A stretch of DNA of 64,000 nt from Mustelus asterias (Eukaryota), in the NCBI RefSeq assembly GCF_964213995.1, contig NC_135817.1:68510001-68574000 (forward strand), read 5' to 3'. The notes beneath the pieces are model-generated. The model searched no databases and was not told the DNA's origin. It saw only the letters and a list, made by a program, of their open reading frames with translations. The position numbers were made by a program, and so were the translations under genes. Shown piece by piece: positions 1-11,180 of this stretch (its first letter is position 1; each line of letters starts with the position of its first letter).

Positions 1-195
1 AGGTGGAGTCTGAATCATTAAGTAGTTTCAAGGAGATAGATATATTTCTGATAGAAAAAAATTAAAGGGATATGGGGAACAGATAGGGAGGTGGATTTGA
101 GACCAGGAAGAGATCAGCCATCACCTGACTGAATTGCAGAGCAAGCTTGAAGGGCTGAAATGCCCACTTCTGCTCCTAATTCCTATGTTCCTGTA
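1..195 (+). mobile_element. CR1 LINE 3' end
   Basis: Typical CR1 3'UTR ...tgctcctaattcctatgttcct. Confidence 0.75.
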
Positions 196-535
196 TAAGA
201 TACATGGTTGGAACAAAAACTGAGGATTAGTGATTTTATGCAGTCATAAAATTGGCAAAGGACAAATTACCCCATACTTTAGAAGATGTTTATCTCCTGG
301 ACATCATCCTAGTGATTTTCAGAGGAAAATGCACCAATCCGAAGCGCATTTAGGATAAATGCAGAAGAATGGAATTCACATATACTGGAGTTTGAGGAAT
401 CAGCGAAGAATAATCCACAGAAAGCTGGCAATAATGCACAGGGTGAATGAAGTCTTCACAAAAGGAGAAACAAAACTGATGCATTTGTGCATTTAGCAGC
501 CAGTTGAAGCACAGCTCAAGCACCCAAGAACCCAC

Positions 536-748
536 CTGCTGGATAATATGTTGGACTGACTATCTTGGTGAGATGTTTTGGTTTCCACATGACAATTATC
601 TTTTAGTTCACTGGTTGCTGGTGTGTGATGTTTTGCATGTGAAGTGTCAGTATTTTCGACATTGCTACAGTCTCGCTTTTTAAGGTGCAGCAAATGTTGT
701 CTTCCTGAATCTGTCATCAGCACATCTCTGAGTACAACTCTGGCTTCC
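536..748 (-). CDS. SENP7: SENP7 coding exon with HP1-box-like motif (EARVVLRDVLMTDSGRQHL...)
   Basis: acaacag| acceptor, AG|gtgggt donor, 213 nt, phase 2-2. ARVVLRDVLMTDSGR matches human SENP7 PRVILTNVLGTELGR. Gene continues beyond the left edge. Confidence 0.85.
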
Positions 749-1920
749 CTGTTGTAGGCAAAGTGCAACACAAACACACGTTTAAAATGGAATTAGTGAA
801 AGTACTGCCAAAAATAATTTAAAAGATGTACTTAGGGGAATTAATGGTCTCAGTAGATTAAAAGAAAGGGTTAAACTGCCATTATCACCAGTGAAGTCAG
901 CACAATTAATCTATTATAGCCTTCTTCTAGCTAGACTTAATGCTCCCTGTGTATTAAGGAACATCTATTCCAATTTTGGAATATACGAGCCCCTGGATAT
1001 CGAATTTTCCTGATTCAACTATTGAGAAATTTAGATAAATAATGGAACACATAAGCTCAAAGATCGCAACACACATTTGTTTACAAGAATGTCAAGATTT
1101 GTGACTTTCACCTTCTGACCATGGAATTTAGCTAATGTTTGAGGAAGGTCCATACAGGTCAGCAATAGTTAAAGCACATTGCTTGCCTGCACGGCTTGGC
1201 TGTTAATTTTAGCCTCATCCAAACCAAAAGATGGATACAAAAAGCACTCAGTAATACCAATTCTTGAAGAGGATTTCACGGTCTCAGATGCTATTAGTGC
1301 TTTCTCATTTACACTGCCTGGATGTCTCTGGTGGCATGCCACCTGCAACAGCATGTTGTCAGCTAAAGCGAACGTAAGATAGTACAATGCCTTCTGATTG
1401 CCACTGGTAGACCACAGAGCTTACGAAAGCAAATGAAGGATAGAAATGGTATGGAAGCTACAAGGACAGTCAAAGCAAATGAAATGACAAATTTAGCTCC
1501 TGCAAAAAACGAAAATAAAACAATGAAGGACTATAGGAACATTATACAAGGAGCACAAAATCAGAGGATTAACTCAAAAGATTCACCAACACAAGCATAG
1601 AAAGATCAATACTGCCATTCACCTCTGGACTTGGCATTAGGCACTTCCCTAATCCAGATTCACTACTGGTCAGATGATAACTTAACACACGTCTGCCATT
1701 AAACAGCTTGGGAAAAGATAGATAAGCAATATACTCCACCCATTTTACGATTAAAATCTTATACTAGTGCTTGGGCAGACTGAATGAAACAATCCTCTAC
1801 ATTTCAACCTCAGTTCAATCTTATAAACAAAGAATAAACATACGATGACAAAAAGGTGGAATTATGTAATGTTACCTGGACAAACAGATTTATAAAAAGG
1901 ACAAGTGATCACGTTCTTAC

Positions 1921-2042
1921 TTCAGCTGTACTTCATCTCCTGGACAGTTGTGCTTTGAGCGGCAGTTCCTCCTTTGATTATAAACAATTGAGTCTTGATT
2001 TCTTGTTTTATTGAAAGTGTTATAAGAGAATGGCCAACGCTT
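1921..2042 (-). CDS. SENP7: SENP7 coding exon (KRWPFSYNTFNKTRNQDSIVYNQRRNCRSKHNCPGDEVQL)
   Basis: attttcag| acceptor, |gtaaga donor, 122 nt, phase 0-2, open and compatible with both neighbouring exons. Confidence 0.75.
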
Positions 2043-2604
2043 CTGAAAATAGACCCAAAATCTAATGTTTAAACAAAGTTAACCCGTAATAACAGAGGGG
2101 TTATGGAGAAAAATAAATAGTGAAGTATATATCCAGGACTGGAGAGAAACAATGTGATCTATAGTACAAGGCCATAATTCAATTAAGCAAAAGATTTTTC
2201 CAGAAAACAATGTTTTTTAATTTGCATAACAATAACCAATAGCTCAGAAACAAATAATTGAAACAGCTGAAAAAGCATTGTAAAACTAAACCTGAACATT
2301 TCAGAGTTAATCTCCTGAATTTTACTTGCAGAACAAAGGTCTATTCTTCAATACACTTGTAGAAGCCTGTGAAGTTATTTAAAGTAAGTAGTGAAACAGG
2401 ACAGTCTCTCAAAAAACACAAGCCTGCTGATTACTTAAGAGCTTGGGAAAACATGACGATACTATACACAACAGAATTCAATATATCGTGTGTCTTAACA
2501 TACGCAAGTGTTACTTCCACAGGCTACATCTACTGACCCCTTATTTCATTTACAAAAATATATACTCTATTGCAAAAGCCAGTTTACATTCCAACTTCGG
2601 AACC

Positions 2605-4172
2605 CACAGGAAATACTCAGCAGATATCACAGCCTCCGGGGAGAGATAAACTGAGTTAATGTTTCAGTAAGAAGTCTCACAACACCAGGTTAAAGTCCAA
2701 CAGGTTTATTTGGTAGCAAAAGCCACTAGCTTTCAGAGCACTGCCCCTTCGTCAGGCGAGTGGGAGTTCTGTTCACAAACAGGGCATATAAAGACACAAA
2801 CTCAATTTACAAAATAATGATTGGAATGCGAGTCTTTACAGCTAATCAAGTCTTAAAGGTACAGACAATGTGAGTGGAGAGAGGGTTAAGCACAGGTTAA
2901 AGAGATGTGTATTGTCTCCAGACAGGACAGTTAGTGAGATTTTGCAAGTCCAGGCAAGTCGTGGGGGTTACAGATAGTGTGACATGAACCCAAGATCCCG
3001 GTTGAGGCCGTCCTCATGTGAGCGGAACTTGGTTATCAGTCTCTGCTCAGCGACTCTGCGCTGTCGTGTGTCATGAAGGCCGCCTTGGAGAACGCTTACC
3101 CGAAGATCAGAGGCCGAATGCCCGTGACCGCTGAAGTGTTCCCCAACAGGAAGAGAACACACTTGCCTGGTGATTGTCGAGTGGTGTTCATTCATCCGTT
3201 GTCATAACGTTTCCATGGTCTCCCCAATGTACCATGCCTCGGGACATCCTTTCCTGCAGCGTATCAGGTAGACAATGTTGGCCGAGTTGCAAGAGTATGT
3301 ACCGTGTACCTGATGGATGGTGTTCTCACGTGAGATGATGGCATCCATGTCGATGATCCGGCATGTCTTGCAGAGCTTGCTGTGGCAGGGTTGTGTGGTG
3401 TCGTGGTCACTGTTCTCCTGAAGGCTGGGTAGTTTACTGCGGACAATGGTCTGTTTGAGGTTGTGCGGTTGTTTAAAGGCAAGAAGTGGGGGTGTGGGGA
3501 TGACCTTGGCGAGATGTTCGTCTTCATCAATGACATGTTTAAGGCTCCGGAGAAGATGTCGTAGCTTCTCCGCTCCGGGGAAGTACTGGACGACGAAGGG
3601 TACTCTGTCCACTTTGTCCCATGTTTGTCTTCTGAGGAGGTCGGTGTGATTTTTCGCTGTGGCGCGTTGGAACTGTTGATCGATGAGTCGAGCGCCATAT
3701 CCTGTTCTTATGAGGGCATCTTTCAGCGTCTGGAGGTGTCTGTTGCGATCCTCCTCATCTGAGCAGATCCTGTGTATACGGAGGGCTTGTCCGTAGGGGA
3801 TGGCTTCTTTAACGTGTTTAGGGTAGAAGCTGGAGAAGTGGAGCATCGTGAGGTTATCCGTGGGCTTGCGGTACAGTGAAGTGCTGAGGTGACCGTCCTT
3901 AATGGAGATGCGTATGTCCAAGAATGCAACTAATTCCGGAGAGTAGTCCATGGTGAGCCTGACGGTGGGATGGAACTTGTTGATGTCATCATATAGTTGT
4001 TTCAGTGATTACCCCAGTCCAACGCCGGCATCTCCACATCATTAATGTTTCAGGTCAGTGAATTTCCATCATTGGTTCTAATGAAATGTCACAGACCTGA
4101 AATGTTAACTTTGTCTCTTTCTCCACAGATGCTACCCGATCTACTGAGCATCGGCAGTATTTTGCTTTTGCA
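2605..4172. repeat. Inverted pair of family-B Penelope terminal repeats (2605-2667 and 4042-4172), host of the Penelope insertion
   Basis: Arms gaaatactcagcag...gagttaatgtttcag and ctgaaatgttaactttgtc...ctgagcatc are imperfect reverse complements. Confidence 0.65.
2668..4041 (-). mobile_element. Penelope-like element (family A), 5'-truncated, RT thumb + GIY-YIG endonuclease
   Basis: ORFs 3202-3951 and 2968-3195 (FLDIRI, YRKPTD, WYIGET, RMNEH, PVGEHFS) split by one TGA; terminal repeat with hammerhead motif; 12-bp TSD TTAATGTTTCAG at 2656-2667/4042-4053. Confidence 0.92.
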
Positions 4173-4356
4173 TTCCTGCTCTACTGACAGGCATAACCGG
4201 CATGATCTCCACATATAACACAGATGGGCTTTGGAAAAGGACTGAAAGCAGCTTCAGGGAGACAAACAAGTTGGTAGATTGATGTCAGGTTAAATTCAAT
4301 GCAGAAAAATTAGGACGACATGCTTTAGATCGAATACTAAGAGATCACATAATTTT

Positions 4357-4752
4357 CTTTACTCTTTCATGAGATGTGGGCACTGCTCGCAAGATCAGCA
4401 TTTATTGGCCTTCTCTAATTGTCCTTAACTTAAGTGCCTTGCTAGGCCATTTCAGCGGGCAGTTAAGAGTCAGCACATGGCTGTGGGTTTGGAGTCACAC
4501 ATAGGCCAGACCAGGTACGGTCAGATTTCCTTCCCGAAAGGACATTATTGAACCTGATGGGCTTTTAACAAGAATTGATGATGGCTTCATGGTTACTATT
4601 GCTGAAACTAGCTATCGTTCCAGATTATTTTTGATTTGTTAATTGAATTTAAGTTCCACCAGCTGCCATGGTGGATTTGAACCCATGTCCCCTGAACATT
4701 AGTCTGGGCCTCTGGATTATTAGTCCAGTGACATCACCACTAACCACCATCT
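4357..4752 (-). mobile_element. Old tRNA-derived SINE with LINE-derived tail
   Basis: tRNA-like head (gggttcaaatcc B-box); tail caataaatgctg...cccacatctcatgaa shared with LINE tails at 5320-5402, 36590-36645 and 41350-41410. Confidence 0.65.
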
Positions 4753-5529
4753 CCCCACAAAATCGTAAAACATTAATAGCAGGGGAGAAAACAAGCGAGA
4801 AGGAGACACAGGCAGAGTTCAGACAGACAAACCTTTAAAAATGTGAAGCAATTTGGCCAATCTTTTCTGTGTTGACTGAAAAAGAATAATACAGCATAAT
4901 CCCTCTTTCAAGCTCTTGGTTCACAGCCCTACAGTTTACGGCACTTCAAGTGCATATCCAATTACAGGTTTAAATGCAATGAGTGTTTCTGCCTCTATCA
5001 CCTACTCAGATTGAGTTCCAGACCTGCAACCAAACTCTGATTGCCCATCTGAAATTGGGGTTTCTGTGCCATCCTGGTACCAAGGTTGAATCTTATAGAA
5101 GGGTCTCAAGGACTTTAACCACTCAATGGTTAAGTGCACAAAAATATGTCTTATACAGCCACATAGGCCAGCAAGTTTCATGCTTAATCCTTGGTTTATG
5201 CCTATTTAATTGGCATCAACCATGTGATAACAATGCACTTAAGTTGTCCTACACATGGCACCAGCCACACAGCAATGTGGTTAACTTTTACCTCTGAAAT
5301 AGCCTCATAAAACACCCAGTTTTCATTACCACCTTTGAGGGCAATTGGGACAGATAATAAATGCTGGCTGTTCCAATGACACCTACATCCCATGAATGAA
5401 ATACAACATGAATATCAGAAATTTGGACAAGGTATCAGTACAAAAGCTAACTCCTTCCAGGAAATGAGCAGAGAAAATTTGAAGCGAGAAAAATTATTTG
5501 ATTACTTATGAAATTCCACTTCAACTCAC

Positions 5530-5649
5530 ATGTGAAGTTTTTAAATTTTCAATCCGTGAATCAGGAAGTCGAGATAGAGGAGAATGGGTCTCTACGTTGT
5601 CCATCTCAGAGGCCTTTTTCTTCTTTGGAATTTTAAATCTTCCCCCAGA
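5530..5649 (-). CDS. SENP7: SENP7 coding exon (SGGRFKIPKKKKASEMDNVETHSPLSRLPDSRIENLKTSH)
   Basis: tttcttag| acceptor and |gtgagt donor, 120 nt, phase 0-0. FKIPKKK basic motif and HSPLSR resemble the SENP7 N-terminus (human QSPLSK). Confidence 0.8.
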
Positions 5650-5907
5650 CTAAGAAACAGAAGAAAATAATGGAATGCTGAAGTAAAACTTTGAAATTGG
5701 AATGACAAGATTTTTCATCTAATTATTTAAAACTTCAAAAAATATCCATTAATTTGGAATTCAAGATGCATGTACATTTAGAATGTCTAACTACAAATTA
5801 ATTTGTGTTGTAAAGCATTTAAGAATCAATGAGACAGAACAAGTTATATACACACATGCCAGCATATTTGAGAAGGCACCTACTGATGCCAATATTGTAC
5901 AACATAA

Positions 5908-6398
5908 TGGGCTGGATTTCAGGAAGCAACAGAAATTGCTGATGACCTTAATATAAATTTGTTCTTACATGGCCAGTGAGGCTGCTTAACAGTAATTACA
6001 AACTCAGTGTGCTGTTAAAAACCCAATTATACCTCACTCAACAAATTGTAACCTGTATAACTTTTTCCAGGGGTTTTACGGTGAGATGAATAAGGTAACA
6101 GTGGAAGTTTTCATCAGTCCACTGATTTCTAATCAATTGCGTTTTGGGGGAAAACGCAACAGTACTTTGGAGACACATAAGCCGAGATTCTTCCACCACC
6201 TCATTCCCACTCCCGTCCCGCTGAAGTCTAAGGTGCTTTGCATGGCACACCCACCCCATTACTGGGGAACCCGATTGCGGGAGGTGGGGGGATTTAGCTA
6301 GCGGGAATGTCGGAAAATCCCACCCATAGAATCACTGACAGGCAACTTCTGGATATCTGCATTTAATTGTGTACGTGCTTACTCCAGAACTTACTCTG
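5908..6398. mobile_element. MITE-like element with a nested smaller MITE (about 6179-6326)
   Basis: Imperfect terminal inverted repeats gggctggattt/aaatctgggc; inner gccgagattcttcc/ggaaaatcccaccc. Similar ends at 17197-17312 and about 62845. Confidence 0.4.
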
Positions 6399-6944
6399 TC
6401 AGTTTCAGAGGAGTAATGACAGCAAATTATGAAAGTTTACCATTGTAAAATCTGGGCATATTAAAAGCAGTATTTCACAGTTTAAGAACTGACATACCTT
6501 AACAATGTTAACCATGACCAAGGTCAGTAAGGGTCACCACTGTTCAAATTGCTCTTTACAAAGTTTCAGGAGCATATTTAAAACTCGTCACAATGCAGAA
6601 TGTTTTAATTTTACCACATAATTATAAGGATATGGAACTGTGTTGGGAGAGGAAACAATGGAGCCAATATATATCATTGCTTCTCAGCAGGCTGGAATAG
6701 CACAAAGAAAAGCTTAGATATTCTAATCACAGGTATCTCACTTCACAAAATGGAAATATCAAGCATTTTTCCTCCTTTAGATTTCACTTCTAAAAACCTC
6801 AAAAAATTCAATCTTTATTTTTAAAAATGATTTTCCTGCTTTAAAAATAAAATCAAAATAAGTTATATACCTGGGGGAAAAGCAAGGGCAGCACCAGCAT
6901 TAACTTGAATCCTATAGTGTATTTACATAAATAACTCACAACAA

Positions 6945-7255
6945 ACCACTTGCATTTATACAGCGCCTTTAATGTAATAAAATGCCTCAAGGCGCTTCAC
7001 AGGGGAGTAATCAAACAAAATTTGTCACCAAGCCACATATGATGTTTAAAAAAATGACCAAAATATTGATCAAAGATGTAGCAATTTAGAGGATAGGGAG
7101 TATGTGAGGCAGAGATGCTACTGAAGGAAATTCCAGAGTTCAGGATCTAGACAGATGAAAGTACAGCTACGAATAGTGGAGCAATTAATAAGGGGATGAG
7201 CAAGAGATTAGAATTTGGGGGAATGCAAAGAGCACTGAGGGCTGAAGGGCAGAAG
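6945..7255 (-). mobile_element. L2 LINE 3' fragment
   Basis: Tail acttgcatttatacagcgcc...aaggcgcttcaca; related copies at 43945-44460, 47155-47600, 60345-60560. Confidence 0.6.
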
Positions 7256-7705
7256 CTAAAATTAGCAGAAAACCAGAACGTTACATGAATACTCTATAAT
7301 GAACAACATTGTGGGAAAGAAGCAACAAAGAAGCCATGCCGGAGCTCCATGACCCTATTCAATTATAGGATATAGATATATCGAGTTGATTGGACTGCAA
7401 AATAGTGCTTGGACCTGACAGTATCTGGTGTTATAGATCTGGAAAATAGGCTGACTTCGAAGAGCCGTACAAAAAAATTAAAGTTGTCATCAATATATAA
7501 TAAGCCAATATTCGCTCATTCTTCACTTCCAACTGATTTCCAAAGTAATTTTCCAAAACTAAAGATGTCTAATATTTGTTATGCATTTAGAAGAAAAAAA
7601 GAGAGTGGAAAAAATTAAGAAATTAAATTCAAACTGTTGGAGACTGATCCCCCAAGGAACTGATATATGTAATAGATACAATACCTTTATCAGAGTAGGA
7701 GATGA

Positions 7706-7835
7706 TGTGGAGATGCCGGCATTGGACTGGGGTGGGCAAAGTAAGAAGTCTCACCTGATAAAGGAACAGCGCTCCAAAAGCTTGTGATACCAAATAAACC
7801 TGTTGGACTTTAACCTAGTGTTGTGAGACTTCTTA
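7706..7835. mobile_element. 130-bp Penelope family-A mini-element (inverted tail + hammerhead + terminal repeat)
   Basis: Same terminal sequences as 2668-4041; 15-bp TSD CAGAGTRGGAGATGA at 7691-7705/7836-7850. Confidence 0.8.
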
Positions 7836-8539
7836 CAGAGTGGGAGATGAGCAGATCGCTGAATACATTGCAACAAGCAATGTATACTTTCAGAATATTG
7901 AAAAATATGGAAACAAATAGCTTACTCAATACCTACAGTCATATGGGAGTCCAGCTCTTTCCATGACTGCACAAGCTCCACACAGGTATCTAAGGGACCC
8001 ATTAATTGTCAGGACTTTAAATCCCTTATCTTCTCCTTTAGAAATGTTTAGGTTGCTTATCTGGAGGTGCAAGATACAATTGTTTGCACTCTCCATACTA
8101 GAATCAACAAAATAGTACACAATTCTTCTAAAAATAGTTGCCTAAGACCAACTGCTGAGGGGAAGACAACATTGGCTCATCTTTCTAGATAAGCCACAAA
8201 TAGGATGAATGGTACATTACCACCAAATTCACTCCACTTTAAAAAAAACTTCAAAATATACTGAAAACCTAAGATATCCAGTTTAACAAAATATCAGAAG
8301 CATCACAATACATGTTCCTTCTGGAGAAATGGAGCATTTATTTCATTGAGGTTAGCAGAGTGTTACTATTAATGCCGATTATCTCAACTTGCAACAAAGG
8401 CACCAAATCTGTGCAAGTGGGAAGACACGAATTACAGAGAGCGCTGATTTGATTATATATGTCTGGAAACTCTTTGCTAAAGTGAGGGTACAAAGCAGCT
8501 ACTTCAATGCTCTACCTCTGTCCAAACTAGTGCTTTATA

Positions 8540-8890
8540 TAGTTCTAGCATAACGGTCCTGCTCTTATGTTATATACCTTGGCTAATAAAGGGTAGGGTC
8601 CTTTATGCCTTCTTGACTACCTTATTTCCCTATTCTGTTGCATTCCGAGATCTGTGGAGAAGCACTCCAAGGGTCCCTTTGTTTCTCTACACTTATTATC
8701 CTGCCATTTGTTATATATTTCCTTGTCTTATTTGCCCTCCCCAATCCATTTACATGCATTTCTCCATGTTGAAATTCATTTGCCACTTTTTTGCTCATCA
8801 GACTAGTTCATTGATACTTTCCTGCAGTCTAAAGCTTTCTTCCTCACTGCTAAGCACACAGCTAATTTTGTATTTTTTAACCTCATCTTT
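8540..8890 (-). mobile_element. Degenerate CR1 RT fragment
   Basis: Remnant of KWQMNFN...CK motif; decayed. Confidence 0.55.
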
Positions 8891-8962
8891 GTTACCATGA
8901 TGGTATTCCATCAAATAAAAATTTGTGTTGAGTCTTTTGCTGGAATTTCAAACATGCTCCAT

Positions 8963-10228
8963 GAACAAAGAACAAAGAAAATTACAGCACAGGAACAGGC
9001 CCTTCGGCCCTCGAAGCCTGCACCGACCATGATGCCCGACTGAACTAAAACCCCCTACCCTTCCGGGGATCATATCCCTCTATTCCCATCCTATTCATGT
9101 ATCTGTCTAGATGCCCCTTAAAAGTCACTATCGTATCTGCTTCCACTACCTCCCCCGGCAGCGAGTTCCAGGCACCCACCACCCTCTGTGTAAAAAGACT
9201 TGCCTCGTACATCTCCTTTAAACCTTGCCCCTCAAACTTAAACCTATGTCCCCTAGTAATTGACTCTTCCACTCTGAGAAAAGCTTCTGATTATCCACTC
9301 TGTCCATGCCCCTCATAATCTTGTAGACTTCTTTCAGGTCACCCCACAACCTCCGTTGTTCCAGTGAGAACAAACCAAGTTTCTCCAACCTCTTGTCATA
9401 GCTAATGCCCTCTATTTCAGGCAACATCCTGGTAAATCTTTTCAGTACCCTCTCCAAAGCCTTCTGGTAGTGTGGCGACCAGAATTGAACACTATATTCC
9501 AAATGCGGCCTAACTAAGGTTCTATAAAGCTGCACATGACTTACCAATTTTTAAACTCAATGCCCCGGCAGATGAAGGCAAGCATGCCGTATGCCTTGAC
9601 TACCTTCTCCACCTGCGTTGTCATTTTCAGTCACCATACACCTAGATCCCTCTGCCTATCAATACTCTGAAGGGTTCTGCCATTTACTGTATATTTCCTA
9701 TCTTTATTAGACCTTCCAAAATGCATTACCTCACATTTGTCCAGATTAAATTCCATCTGCCATCTCTCCGCCCAAGCCTCCAACCTATCTATATCCTGCT
9801 GTATCCTCTGATGGTCCTCAACGCTGTCCGCAAATCCATCAACTTTTCTGTGGTCCGCAAACCTACTAATCAAACCAGTTACATTTTCCCCCAAATTATT
9901 TATATATATTACGAACAGCAAAGATCCCAGCACTGATCCCTGAGGAACGCCACTTGTCACAGCCCTCCATTCAGAAACACATCCTTCCACTGCTACCCTC
10001 TGTCTTCTATGACTGAGCCAGTTCTGTATCCACCTTACCAGCTCACCTCTGATCCCATGCGACTTCACCTTCTGCACCAGTCTGCCATGAGGGACCTTGT
10101 CAAAGGCCTTACTGGAGTCCACGTAGACAATATCCACTGCCCTACCTGCATCAATCATCTTCATCACTTCCTCAAAAAACTTGATCAAATTAGTGAGCCA
10201 TGACCTCTCCTTCACAAAATCATGCTTA
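8963..10228 (-). mobile_element. CR1 LINE, 5'-truncated, frameshifted RT
   Basis: ORFs with KAFDKVPH, SGVPQGSVLG, RFAD, RPHLEY; (gaacaaa)n tail. Confidence 0.92.
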
Positions 10229-10401
10229 TGAAAATTCTGCTACTTGATATTGCAATTGTAATATTTGGAAAAGTTCATGCGAATCACAAGTACATTGGGC
10301 TTATTCTAATAAACCTCCTCTTCCACTTCAGGAAAGGTGTAAATGCCTTAGAAGTGCACAGAAGAAAATTAGCAGACTCTTACCAGGGACTTCAGTTATG
10401 A

Positions 10402-10565
10402 ACCAACGTTTCAAGTCTAGATGACCCTTCATCAGGCTCGAAACTTTGTCTAGACATGAAACGTTGGCTCTACTTTCTCGCCACAGATGCTGTCAGACCT
10501 GCTGAGGCTTTCCAGCATTTTTCTGTTTTTGTTTCAGATTCCAGCATCCGCAGTATTTTGTGTTT
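10402..10565. mobile_element. 164-bp Penelope family-B hammerhead mini-element inserted in an old CR1 (about 10290-10920)
   Basis: 13-bp TSD ACTTCAGTTATGA at 10389-10401/10566-10578; minus-strand CTGATGA-AGGGTC-atcta-GACTT-GAAACGTT at 10405-10435. Confidence 0.75.
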
Positions 10566-11180
10566 ACTTCAGTTATGAGGTAACTGAAGTACAAGTTGGA
10601 AAAGTTAGGACTATTCACCTTGGAACAGGTGGCGTGAACAGGGAAGATCAAGAGATGGCCTAAAAGAGACTTTAGGGGAAAATATTCCTTTTGGCAAGTT
10701 GGTCAGTAACTAGAAGTCACAATTTGAAACCCTCAGAAATCTGAAACATAGCTGAAAACTGTTGGAAGCTGATTCCATAAATAATTTTAAAAGGGAGTTG
10801 GACAGGTTCTTGAAGACAAGGAGATTACAGAGAAAATTCGGGGCAAGACTGCTCTTTCAAAGAGCCAGCACAGGGGTGTCAGGTCAAATAGCCTCTTTCC
10901 GTGCTGTAAGTTTCACTGATTTCAAAGTAATGGTTATCTACACTGGGACAGATTTAATAGATTTGCGGCGTTGGCTCCCGGAGGACTCAATTTACGCTTC
11001 AACACCATCGCTAACAAAGGTCCCTGGAGTACAAAGCACATAAAAACAGAACGTGATCTGCAATGGTGAGTGCTCAATTTGGATCATATATGCTCTTGAA
11101 ACTGCTTGGCTCAGTATATGTTCTCCATTTATATCTGTTTACAGGTTTGTGAAGCACCTTGGGAGGTTTCTGTACATTAA

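Noticed and set aside
278-453. Possible next SENP7 exon after an 82-nt intron
   Set aside because: In-frame TAG after 47 codons and a weak donor; unsupported.
1169-1387. ORF with acceptor and GC donor inside a SENP7 intron (1187-1342)
   Set aside because: Flanking exons require phase 2, in which it hits TAA after 10 codons; no homology recognised.
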